53,655 nt of DNA from a virus (taxonomy: Duplodnaviria > Caudoviricetes). Positions 26,989 to 35,406 of the stretch are shown here, piece by piece; position 1 is the stretch's first letter; each line of letters begins with the position of its first letter. The translations under genes were made by a program, and so were the position numbers. The stretch covers positions 1-53,655 of IMG/VR virus record IMGVR_UViG_3300017971_000063; one strand, given 5' to 3'. The notes under the pieces are model-generated. The model searched no databases. It was not told the origin of the DNA and saw only the letters and a program-made list of their open reading frames with translations.

Positions 26989-27332
26989 AAAAAGCGAAGA
27001 AGAAAACGATCTCCGTTCCGCCGGACTACGTCGTCTCGTTCCGCGTCGATCCGAAGAAGATCGGACCGAATAAGAAGCGGACGTTCGAGAAGGTTCTCGC
27101 CTCGATCGACGCTCGGATCAACTGCGAGGAAGTCCCGATCAGGACAAAGGAGCCGAAGGCGATCGTCGGCTCGAAGGTCGTCGGATCACAACGACACATG
27201 ACTTTTGAGGCGCTTCTTCCCGAAGGGACGAAGATCGAGATCGAGCCGGGATTCGTGATCTATCTCGGAGCGACATTCCGTCTCGTCGGTGGGCGCCTCG
27301 ACGACGTCAAGTTCGAAGAGGATTTATTTTGA
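26985..27332 (+). CDS. Hypothetical protein (115 aa)
   Basis: ATGA translational coupling. Confidence 0.6.
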   Translation: MKKAKKKTISVPPDYVVSFRVDPKKIGPNKKRTFEKVLASIDARINCEEVPIRTKEPKAIVGSKVVGSQRHMTFEALLPEGTKIEIEPGFVIYLGATFRLVGGRLDDVKFEEDLF

Positions 27333-28183
27333 AAATCCTCGTCACGGTCGGCGAAGGCGTCGGGAACATGGTCGAGACGACGCCGTTGATCTCGAAGCTC
27401 GCGTCGCGGTGCAGGGTTGACGTCCTCGCGAAACCGACGGTCCGTGGAACCGAACAAATCCTCGACGATCGGAGATTCGTCAACGAGCTTTTCACGATCG
27501 ACGACCCGCCGCCGGACGTCTACGACTTCGTCTTTCAAACATTTTCGGCGAATACGCACAAGGACCCGGAGTTCGGCGCCTTTGATCGCGTGATCGAGTT
27601 CACGGCGGACGATACGCGATACGCTCACGCCTACGGCGAAGCGAAGGCGAATAATCGCTTGATACAGCGTGTAGGAGAGGACTTTCCGGGCGACATGGTC
27701 TCATGGGTCGCTCGGAGCGGGAGAGTCCCGCAGGACGCGAGTTTCGAGCATATAGACGTAGTCCTTCACCCCGGCGCGTATAACGCTTCGAAAAGGTGGC
27801 CGTTTTTCCGGGAATTGGACGAATATATCCGGAGTCGCGGTCTCTCGACCTTCCTATTCCGGGAGAATCCGCCGGATATTCGAGACGCGGCGGAAGTGAT
27901 CTCCCGGGGATCGGTTTTCGTCGGGAACGATTCGGGGCAGTCTCACGTCGCGGCGGCGCTCGGAGTCGAGACGGTCATGATCTTCGGGCCGACGCCGATC
28001 GAGAAGAACGTCCCGTTCAACTACAAAGTCGTTCACGTCGTCCGCGTCCCGACCCATTGCCGACCTTGTTTCTACCAAAAGGCGACGTTCGAGAATTGCT
28101 CGTTCGCGTGTCAACACAAGATCACGACCGAAGAAGTCCTCAAAATCACGCTCGAAGCGCTCGGAGATCGGAGGAAAACATGA
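27329..28183 (+). CDS. Glycosyltransferase family 9
   Basis: GVGNMVETTPLI; LHPGA..SKRWP; FVGNDSGQSHVAAALGVETVMIFGPT. Confidence 0.88.
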   Translation: MKILVTVGEGVGNMVETTPLISKLASRCRVDVLAKPTVRGTEQILDDRRFVNELFTIDDPPPDVYDFVFQTFSANTHKDPEFGAFDRVIEFTADDTRYAHAYGEAKANNRLIQRVGEDFPGDMVSWVARSGRVPQDASFEHIDVVLHPGAYNASKRWPFFRELDEYIRSRGLSTFLFRENPPDIRDAAEVISRGSVFVGNDSGQSHVAAALGVETVMIFGPTPIEKNVPFNYKVVHVVRVPTHCRPCFYQKATFENCSFACQHKITTEEVLKITLEALGDRRKT

Positions 28184-28641
28184 AGCTTCAACTCGGATGC
28201 GGAACGAAATCAAGGCCGGATTGGACGAACCTCGACGTCCGTCACCTTCCCGGGGTCGACATCGTTCACGATCTCAACGACTCGCTTCCGTTCAAGGACG
28301 AAACGGTCGACGAGATTCTCGCCGAGGATATTCTCGAACACTTTCCGCTCGCCGCGACCGAAAGGATTTTCAACGATTGGATTCGCGTCCTCAAACGCGG
28401 AGGAGAGATCGAGATTCTCGTTCCGAACCTCGACAAGCACATCGAATTATACACCGCCGGAAAGGTCACGCTCGAACGAATGAGTCAAATGATTTACGGC
28501 GGGCAGGATTACGCGGAGAACTTTCACTTCCGATCGTTCAATCCGCGATCGGTCTCCGAACTCTTCAAGCGATACGGATTGAAAGTCGTTTCACTATTCA
28601 CGCCGGGACGAGGAATCCGGGCGAAGGGGAAGAAACTATGA
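28180..28641 (+). CDS. Class I SAM-dependent methyltransferase
   Basis: LQLGCG..W.NLD..D..LPF.DETVDEI...LEH..RVLKRGG. Confidence 0.85.
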   Translation: MKLQLGCGTKSRPDWTNLDVRHLPGVDIVHDLNDSLPFKDETVDEILAEDILEHFPLAATERIFNDWIRVLKRGGEIEILVPNLDKHIELYTAGKVTLERMSQMIYGGQDYAENFHFRSFNPRSVSELFKRYGLKVVSLFTPGRGIRAKGKKL

Positions 28642-29216
28642 CGGATATGTTTTCTGAAAAATACTGGAACGGCAAATGGTCGGAAGTGATCTCGAAACTT
28701 CCGAACGGCGGGAAGTATTTCTTCAATCACCGCCAACATGGATATAATATAATCAAGTCCGCAGTCGCGAGAAATTCCTCTGTTTTTGATTACGCTTGCG
28801 GATTGGCGATTATTGACGCGCAACTCCGAAAAGAAAAGGCGTGTCGGGTCAACGGTTGCGATCTCTCGTCGATCGCGGTTGAATACGCGAAGAAGGAGAC
28901 GGGCGGAGACTTTCGAAAAGGATCAGAGATTTTCGGCGGTCCCTATGATTATATCCTCGCGATTTATTTCCTCGAACACATCACGAATCCCGCTTCGTGG
29001 TGCGCGAAAGCCCTGAAACACGGCAAGCGAATAATTGCCGCGCTTCCGAATAACTTCAAGCGAGCGGGAGAACATACGAAAATGGCATGGACTTCGTGGA
29101 AAAGCTTCTACGAGATTTTTTCGGAGTTCAAGATCGAGCGAATCGACGAAGGGAAATATCCGACAACGGGACTTCACGACGCTTTCAAACATCCTATTTT
29201 GGAGATTCGAAATTGA
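28638..29216 (+). CDS. Class I SAM-dependent methyltransferase
   Basis: VFDYACGLA..GCDLS..YDYI...LEHI. Confidence 0.8.
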   Translation: MTDMFSEKYWNGKWSEVISKLPNGGKYFFNHRQHGYNIIKSAVARNSSVFDYACGLAIIDAQLRKEKACRVNGCDLSSIAVEYAKKETGGDFRKGSEIFGGPYDYILAIYFLEHITNPASWCAKALKHGKRIIAALPNNFKRAGEHTKMAWTSWKSFYEIFSEFKIERIDEGKYPTTGLHDAFKHPILEIRN

Positions 29217-29917
29217 TTCTCTATACCGTCGCGTCCGGGGAACGATTTATAAACGCCGCGATAATTTGTCGGCGGTCTTTCTTGCGGCACAATCCCGGGA
29301 TCAAATTCAAAATCTTCGTACCGTCCGAAGAGTTCGACGAATCCGTCGCCGGTTCTCAACCATTCGATCTTCCGGAGTTTCCAAAGAAGGCGAAGGAAAA
29401 AAAGCCGTTGATCTCTCTCCTCTTCTCGAAGTTCGGACTCGTCAATAATTTTGTCGACGACGATATTGTCGGATTTGTTGACGCCGATTCGTATTGTCAA
29501 CATAAACTTCCGATCGAAATATTGCGCGAGATATTGGATCGAAGTTCAATCGGAGCCGCAAGTGATCCGAAAGCCGCGATTCGAAAAATCGAAATCCGAA
29601 AATGTGGATGGTCTATACCGTGGCCGCTCTACTTCAATTCGGGCGTCGTTTTCTGGTCGAGGAAAGGCGGGAAGATTATTTCCGGATTCGGAAAATGGTT
29701 CGAGGATAATCTCGATCGAATGATTCGTCTCCCGTTCGGCGATCAAACATGGCTTAATATATATCTCGCCTTGTGCGCGACGCCGGAGGACATCGGCTAT
29801 TTCTGGAATCACCGAGGGATCAATCCGGACCCGAGAGCGTTGATCTGGCATCCCGGCGGTCGCGATTCGGTAGGAATCGAGAAGATCAAATCGGTCGAGG
29901 ATTCGATCAAAAAATAA
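29213..29917 (+). CDS. Glycosyltransferase, GT8-like (GT-A fold)
   Basis: FVDAD, YFNSGVV, GDQTWLN, WN..IWHPG. Confidence 0.8.
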   Translation: MILYTVASGERFINAAIICRRSFLRHNPGIKFKIFVPSEEFDESVAGSQPFDLPEFPKKAKEKKPLISLLFSKFGLVNNFVDDDIVGFVDADSYCQHKLPIEILREILDRSSIGAASDPKAAIRKIEIRKCGWSIPWPLYFNSGVVFWSRKGGKIISGFGKWFEDNLDRMIRLPFGDQTWLNIYLALCATPEDIGYFWNHRGINPDPRALIWHPGGRDSVGIEKIKSVEDSIKK

Positions 29918-29933
29918 TAACAGGAGGCATGGA

Positions 29934-30878
29934 ATGAAATTGATTGGTTGTTACACGGTTCTCAACGAACACGATTATTTCGAGACGTCGTTCCGGTCAA
30001 TGATTCCGGTCGTCGACGAGGTCGTCGTCGTTCACGGCTCGACGAAATTCGCTCCGCTAACCCGGGCGGGATTCTCGGTCGATGATACGGAAACGATCTT
30101 CGATCGGCTCTCGAAAGAGTTCCCGGGCAAGCTCCGCGTGATCGAACTCGGACAGGTCCGCGAACGGTGCGAGCTTCAAAACACCTTCGTCGACGCCGTC
30201 CCGGAAGGGAACTTCGTTCTCTTCTCCGGCGCCGATGAGATATGGGACACCGAGGAACTCGCGCGGACCCGGGAGAAATATCTCGGCTCCGATCACTACG
30301 TCGAACTCTACGTCAAACAAATGGAACTCCGGCACGATTGGAGTCACCGTCTACCGATCGAGATTCAAAAGGATTCGATCTTCTACGACGAGACGGGCGC
30401 GGTGTTCTCAAACGGATTCATTCAGGAACGGATATATCAACGAATCAAGAAGCTCGACGTCCGATACAGGAACGAGAATCACACTCACGTCAAGGACGAC
30501 GCCGGTCGCGCTCTCTACGCGCATAAGTATTACGAGAAGCGGCGCCTCGGGATTCCGCTTCGGTTCTGGCACGTCCCGCGCTTCTGTTCGATCGACAAGT
30601 TCCGATTGAAGTTCGTCCACATTCGCCTACAAAATCACTACGGGCGGACGTGGGCCGAACTCACGAACAAGGAACGGGAGTTCGAGATCGAGGCGGCGGA
30701 CAATATGTATAACATGACGCTTCGGATTCCGGAGAAGAGAGCCGAACTCCTCGCCGATTTCAAGGAGAAGGAGATTCCGAAACTCCTCCGCGATCACGAG
30801 TTTTTCGGGAAAAAGGTCGGAGAGTTCCCTCGAAACCTCACCTACGCGGTCAGCGCGGTCGCGTCGAGCGACGCATGA
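29934..30878 (+). CDS. Glycosyltransferase, GT2-like
   Basis: VLNEHDY..VDEVVVVHGS..SVDDT..GADEIW. Confidence 0.7.
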   Translation: MKLIGCYTVLNEHDYFETSFRSMIPVVDEVVVVHGSTKFAPLTRAGFSVDDTETIFDRLSKEFPGKLRVIELGQVRERCELQNTFVDAVPEGNFVLFSGADEIWDTEELARTREKYLGSDHYVELYVKQMELRHDWSHRLPIEIQKDSIFYDETGAVFSNGFIQERIYQRIKKLDVRYRNENHTHVKDDAGRALYAHKYYEKRRLGIPLRFWHVPRFCSIDKFRLKFVHIRLQNHYGRTWAELTNKEREFEIEAADNMYNMTLRIPEKRAELLADFKEKEIPKLLRDHEFFGKKVGEFPRNLTYAVSAVASSDA

Positions 30879-30931
30879 CAAAGTAAAATACCCGACGTAG
30901 GTCGGGATCAATTCGATCGAGGAGGAAAGGC

Positions 30932-31375
30932 ATGGAAATCGCGGAAATCGAAAAGCTCTTGAATTGCGGAATCTTCGTAGAGGGAAGATGTGACACCGAA
31001 AAGAGAAAGGCGCTCGTCGAGGAAGCGATCACAACGATTCAGGACTCGACCTCTATCCCATTCGAGAAGTCCTATCTCGGGGTCAAGAATTACGCGGCTT
31101 TCGGCGATCAGCGCGAGGATCACAAATACGGATACGGTCCGAGACACGGCTCGATCATTTTCTCGATCGGAACGAAAGTTTCGGCTCGAAGCGATTCATC
31201 GAAGATCGACAAGGAATCCGCCGTCCGTCTCCTTCTCTACGTTCTCGAAAACCCGGAGTACGACGTCATGAAATCCTTGAAGAACTTCGAGGATTCCCGG
31301 GACAACTTCGAGCGATCCCGAGACTTCATTCACGGTCTCAAATTCCCGATCGAGTTCGAGTCGGTCGCAAAGTAA
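30932..31375 (+). CDS. Hypothetical phage protein
   Basis: GGAGG SD; GVKNYA.FGDQREDH.YGYGPRHGSI.F motif-like segment. Confidence 0.7.
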   Translation: MEIAEIEKLLNCGIFVEGRCDTEKRKALVEEAITTIQDSTSIPFEKSYLGVKNYAAFGDQREDHKYGYGPRHGSIIFSIGTKVSARSDSSKIDKESAVRLLLYVLENPEYDVMKSLKNFEDSRDNFERSRDFIHGLKFPIEFESVAK

Positions 31376-31418
31376 ACGTCACCGTCGGGCGACGTAATTT
31401 CAACGCGGGAGGAAAGGC

Positions 31419-31886
31419 ATGGAAGAACAGCAAAGCAAGAAAATAATCGAGGTCAACGGAATCAAGATGGAGGTCGATCTCCGGACGGCGAAGATCGCAA
31501 CGGTCGAAACCTTCAAGGTCGGCGACAACGTTCGCGTTCTCGTCAAATCGAGATACGGAGACAGTTCGTTCGAGAGTTTCCCCGGCGTGATCATTAACTT
31601 CACGCCGTTCCGGAATCGACCGACGATCACCGTCGCATACGTCTCGCGGGACTTCGACGGACAGATTCACTTCGTCGAGATCACGCCGGACTCGAAGGAT
31701 ACCGAGATCGCTTACGTCGACAAGAAGGAATTTCTCTCGCTCGATCGCGAATACGTTCTCGATCTCATGAACCGGAAGATCGCAAAAAAGGAGATGGAGA
31801 TCGAGGAGATCAAGGAGAAGCGGAAATTCTTCGTCAAGGAGTTCGGGAACTACTTCAAGGCCGAGGAAGAAGAAAAGACCGCGTAG
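31419..31886 (+). CDS. Hypothetical phage protein
   Basis: GGAGG SD; IEVNGIKMEVDLR..FKVGDNVRVL. Confidence 0.7.
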   Translation: MEEQQSKKIIEVNGIKMEVDLRTAKIATVETFKVGDNVRVLVKSRYGDSSFESFPGVIINFTPFRNRPTITVAYVSRDFDGQIHFVEITPDSKDTEIAYVDKKEFLSLDREYVLDLMNRKIAKKEMEIEEIKEKRKFFVKEFGNYFKAEEEEKTA

Positions 31887-31893
31887 ATGGTCC

Positions 31894-31965
31894 GACTCCG
31901 TCGTCTAACGGACAGGACGCCGCCCTTTCAAGGCGGGAACGCGGGTTCAATTCCCGCCGGAGTCG
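31894..31965 (+). tRNA. tRNA-Glu (TTC)
   Basis: Acceptor GACTCCG/CGGAGTC, anticodon arm CCGCC-CT-TTC-AA-GGCGG, T arm GCGGG-TTCAATT-CCCGC; CCA not encoded. Confidence 0.9.
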
Positions 31966-32066
31966 AACGGGTATAGCCATGCCGAAGTCGGCCAGAGGAA
32001 CCTTTGTAAAGGAGCGAATCTGTCGTCCGACAAAAGCTATTGACAGCCGGGAAAGACCGGCACAAC

Positions 32067-32148
32067 GAGCGGCGGCGATATTATACGACGGTTCAATCCG
32101 GAGACCGTCGTCGGCGTGATCTTCCGGGTTCGATTCCCGGGCCGCTCA
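32067..32148 (+). ncRNA. tRNA-like RNA lacking a D stem and canonical anticodon loop
   Basis: Acceptor GAGCGGC/GCCGCTC, T arm CCGGG-TTCGATT-CCCGG, central 8-bp helix ACGACGGT/ACCGTCGT with 11-nt loop. Confidence 0.65.
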
Positions 32149-32159
32149 AAAAAAATTGC

Positions 32160-32331
32160 TTGACAAAAGAATGGCATGCGAGTATGACAAAGACGGACGA
32201 TCACTTCCTCGGGAGGGGAGATCAATGATTCAAGAGATCAACTCGAAATCTAAAACTCGCCGACTCGGGACTCCCCTTCCCGTGATCGTCCGACTCGGAA
32301 AGCTACTTCCCGAAGTCGGCGGGTTCTTTTA
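32160..32331 (+). promoter_or_regulatory. Promoter and attenuator-like leader of the replication gene
   Basis: TTGACA-17-TATGAC; mutually exclusive long helices ending in a U-rich tract. Confidence 0.55.
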
Positions 32332-32355
32332 TCTCAACGGGAAAGGCGGGAAAGG

Positions 32356-33297
32356 ATGGCGCGGAGACGAATGATTGACCCCAAATTTTGGGCGAGTGAG
32401 AAGGTCGGGAAACTCACGTTTCGACAACGGTTGTTTTTGATCGGACTTTTCAGCAACGCGGACGACGAGGGAAGGTTGATCGGAGCGCCGACGCTTCTTC
32501 GGTCGACGATCTTCCCATACGACGATATTCCGATCGAGGAAATCGAAAAAGACCTTGCCGCTCTCGAAAGAACGAAGGACCGCCCGGGTTCTCTCGTTCG
32601 ATACGAAATTGACGGATCGAAGTTTATCGCGTTGACGAATTGGAAGAAATATCAAACGATCAATCGACCTCAAAAGAGCTTACTTCCCGAACCCAAAGGA
32701 ATTGCGCGTTCATTGATTGATTCAATGAATGATTCAGTGAACGGATCAGTGAATGATTCACGGGGTCATTCATTGAACGATTCACGAGCAAAGGAAAGGA
32801 AAGGAAAGGAAAAGAAAGGAAGTACGTCCGAGAAAAATCCCTCGGACCCGATCCCCGAAGTCGCTCCGCTCCTTGAAAAACTCGAACTTCACATTCGTAC
32901 GATAATCCCGGGGAAGAACTTCAAGGCGAATTGGAGATCGAAGCAGGGCCGCGCGTTCCGGCTCCTCCGCGACGCCGACGGAATAGATTTCCCGGCTCAA
33001 CTGAAAACGCTCGAATGGGTACGGACCGGATCGTCACGCGACGCGATATTCTGGCGCAAGAATATCCTTTCCGCCGAGAAGTTCCGGATTCAATACGAGA
33101 AACTCGAAGCGGCGAGGACGGTCGAATCTCGTGCTTCTGGAAACGTGACGCGGCTCTCGACGTGGACTTGCCCGAAGTGCGGGAAGAAGGTCGAGGTCGG
33201 GAACGGTCGTCACCATGCGACGTGTACGAAGTGCGGCGAAGAATTATGGTCGTCCGATCCGAAGGTCCGAAAGGAGTCCCGGGTTGTCGTTAGCTAA
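32356..33297 (+). CDS. Phage replication initiator protein
   Basis: MARRRMIDPKFW..LFLIGL.SNADDEGR..TIFPYD..NWKKYQ.I; C-terminal FWRKNILSAEKFR.QYEKL and Zn ribbon. Confidence 0.85.
   Translation: MARRRMIDPKFWASEKVGKLTFRQRLFLIGLFSNADDEGRLIGAPTLLRSTIFPYDDIPIEEIEKDLAALERTKDRPGSLVRYEIDGSKFIALTNWKKYQTINRPQKSLLPEPKGIARSLIDSMNDSVNGSVNDSRGHSLNDSRAKERKGKEKKGSTSEKNPSDPIPEVAPLLEKLELHIRTIIPGKNFKANWRSKQGRAFRLLRDADGIDFPAQLKTLEWVRTGSSRDAIFWRKNILSAEKFRIQYEKLEAARTVESRASGNVTRLSTWTCPKCGKKVEVGNGRHHATCTKCGEELWSSDPKVRKESRVVVS
32710..32822. repeat. Iteron-like 12-bp tandem repeats plus purine tract (putative replication origin)
   Basis: TCATTGATTGAT TCAATGAATGAT TCAGTGAACGGA TCAGTGAATGAT TCACGGGGTCAT TCATTGAACGAT, then repeated AAAGG. 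Confidence 0.75.
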
Positions 33298-33664
33298 ACC
33301 GTGGCCGTCGAAGATCAAAGACCCGAAACTCGTCCGGGAATACAAGCGGCGCTTCCCGTATTGTGAATTGACGTTTCACTTGACGGGAATCAGAAACGAA
33401 ATCCCGATCGAAACCCATCACGTTCTCCCCGGTTCGTATCGTTCGGACGAGATCGAATTGATCGTCAATCTTCGGAAATATTTTCACGATCTACAAACGG
33501 AGAATAGGGTTTCACCGATTCAGCTTTTCGGATTGAAGTGCCTCAAAGGAGAGGTCGGCGTCGACCGCTTCCTCGAATACGCTCAACTCGTTTATCGGCG
33601 AGCGATCAAACAGAAAACGAAGGACAACTATTTCAGGCCCGAAAATTGGGGAAAGGTGAAATAA
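33284..33664 (+). CDS. Degenerate HNH-like protein
   Basis: PYCEL..ETHHVL..RSD..IVNL...H; several Cys ligands missing. Confidence 0.45.
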   Translation: MSLAKPWPSKIKDPKLVREYKRRFPYCELTFHLTGIRNEIPIETHHVLPGSYRSDEIELIVNLRKYFHDLQTENRVSPIQLFGLKCLKGEVGVDRFLEYAQLVYRRAIKQKTKDNYFRPENWGKVK

Positions 33665-33665
33665 A

Positions 33666-34298
33666 ATGGACGAACTCAAAGATCGAAACAAGGCGTTGAC
33701 GATGCTCGCGCTCACGAAATATATCACCGACGGAAACGACCCGAAGGAGTTCTTCGCTCTCGACGATCGCGGGTTCTCCTCGCAGGAGCAAGCTCACTTG
33801 ATCGAGTTCTCGACGCTCGCCGCGAAATCTTTTCTCGAACGCAAGGCGAAGGTCGAAGCAATGCGGATCGATCTTCCGACCGCGCGGAATCAGGTCGACG
33901 GACTTTCCGTTTTCCTTCTCGCTAATTTCCCGGCGGCGGTCGAAGCGAGGAAAAAGGATCAAGGCGCATGCGAGATCGCGGAGAAAATAATTCAGGACTA
34001 CCAAAGAAAGGATCACGCTTCGAGAATAATAACGCAGGGATTAATGGCAGTTCTCGAAGCGAAGGGAGAAGGGAAGTTTCGCGTTTGTCAAACGGGACTC
34101 GATTCAATATCCGACGCTGGAAAATATATTCGAATCACGCGCGACGAAAAAGGACTCTTGACATTCGAGGTCGTGACGAAAAAGGAAGTGGTCGAAGAGC
34201 AGGGAGAGAAGGGCGGGGAGGGAAACGATGCCGATCCTCAAAGAGAATCTGGCAAGGTATCCGAAAAATTGGAAGGAGATCAGGGCCGCGAAGCTTGA
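33666..34298 (+). CDS. Hypothetical protein (210 aa)
   Basis: Co-directional ORF with genome-typical codon usage. Confidence 0.65.
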   Translation: MDELKDRNKALTMLALTKYITDGNDPKEFFALDDRGFSSQEQAHLIEFSTLAAKSFLERKAKVEAMRIDLPTARNQVDGLSVFLLANFPAAVEARKKDQGACEIAEKIIQDYQRKDHASRIITQGLMAVLEAKGEGKFRVCQTGLDSISDAGKYIRITRDEKGLLTFEVVTKKEVVEEQGEKGGEGNDADPQRESGKVSEKLEGDQGREA

Positions 34299-34626
34299 AG
34301 CGGTCAACTATCAATGCGAACGGTGCGGATTGAAGGATCGAATAATCGGCGCGCGGGATCGTCAGGGTTATTTTTGGACGCCGGACGAGATCGCGTTCAT
34401 GGATCACAAGGAGAACTTCGTCCGGTTCGGGGCGAAGGGGCCGCGCCTCTTCAAGATCGTCTTGACGATCGCGCATTTGGATCATACTCCGGAAAACAAC
34501 GATCCGAAGAATCTCCGGGCGTGGTGTCAAAAGTGTCACAACACTCACGACAACGGGAAGCGATCGCGGAATCGGGAACGTCGAAGGAAGATCAAACGAG
34601 GACAACTCCCGCTTATCAACGTATAG
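34228..34626 (+). CDS. HNH endonuclease
   Basis: YPKNWKEIR..CERCG..VLTIAHLDHTPENN..NLRAWCQKCHNTHD. Confidence 0.85.
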   Translation: MPILKENLARYPKNWKEIRAAKLEAVNYQCERCGLKDRIIGARDRQGYFWTPDEIAFMDHKENFVRFGAKGPRLFKIVLTIAHLDHTPENNDPKNLRAWCQKCHNTHDNGKRSRNRERRRKIKRGQLPLINV

Positions 34627-34768
34627 GCGACGAGTTCGTTTGCTTTCTTTGCGGAAAGAGAATCAAGAAGGGACAGGAAGTCCGGATGGGACTCCGGCTC
34701 CTCCCGGCGCATTGCGAGTGCGCGAACGAGGAAGAGAAGGCCGGAAAAAGAGAAGGGAGAAAACGAGA

Positions 34769-35044
34769 ATGGGATTGACGACGATCGGTCGTGTCGGCGA
34801 ATCGGGAATTTATATCGGGCGCGGATCGAAGTTCGGGAATCCGTATCGGATCGGGAAGGACGGAACGCGCGAAGAAGTGATCGAGAAGTTCCGCGTCTAC
34901 TTCTACAAACGGTTGAACGCCGATCCGGTTTTCCTTCAAGACGTCGCCGATCTTCAAGGTTGTCACCTTCTTTGCTACTGTAAACCGGAAGCATGTCACG
35001 GCGACGTGATCGCCGAATATCTTAATAAAGGGAGGAAGGCATGA
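34769..35044 (+). CDS. DUF4326-like protein
   Basis: IYIGRGSKFGNPY..REEVIEKF..L.G..LLCYCKPEACHGDVI. Confidence 0.8.
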   Translation: MGLTTIGRVGESGIYIGRGSKFGNPYRIGKDGTREEVIEKFRVYFYKRLNADPVFLQDVADLQGCHLLCYCKPEACHGDVIAEYLNKGRKA

Positions 35045-35406
35045 AAACCTACTACGCAAAAAGAAGTGATTCGGTCGGAGGTCAAACGGTTTACGTTTGC
35101 GAGGAAGGCGGAGTCCCGCGCGAGCTTGCGATCGGTCCGTCGCTTGGAATCGCGCATCATTCTCCGGACGGTTTTAACTGGGGATACCCCGGGAGCGGCG
35201 CCGCACAACTCGCGCTTGCGATCCTCCTCGATTCACTTGGACGGAAGATCGCGGTCGCTTTTTATCAAACATTCAAGTTCAAGATCGTCGCGGATTGGGG
35301 CGACTCGTGGAAGATCACCGACGACGAGATCGACCGCTTCGTCGGCGAGGAAGCTCGGAAGGCGAGAGAAGGTCTCCCGAAGAGAGCGGAGAGAGTCGAA
35401 TCGTGA
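35041..35406 (+). CDS. DUF6166-like protein
   Basis: HSPDGFNWGY.GSGAAQLALAIL..YQ.FK..IVA. Confidence 0.75.
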   Translation: MKTYYAKRSDSVGGQTVYVCEEGGVPRELAIGPSLGIAHHSPDGFNWGYPGSGAAQLALAILLDSLGRKIAVAFYQTFKFKIVADWGDSWKITDDEIDRFVGEEARKAREGLPKRAERVES

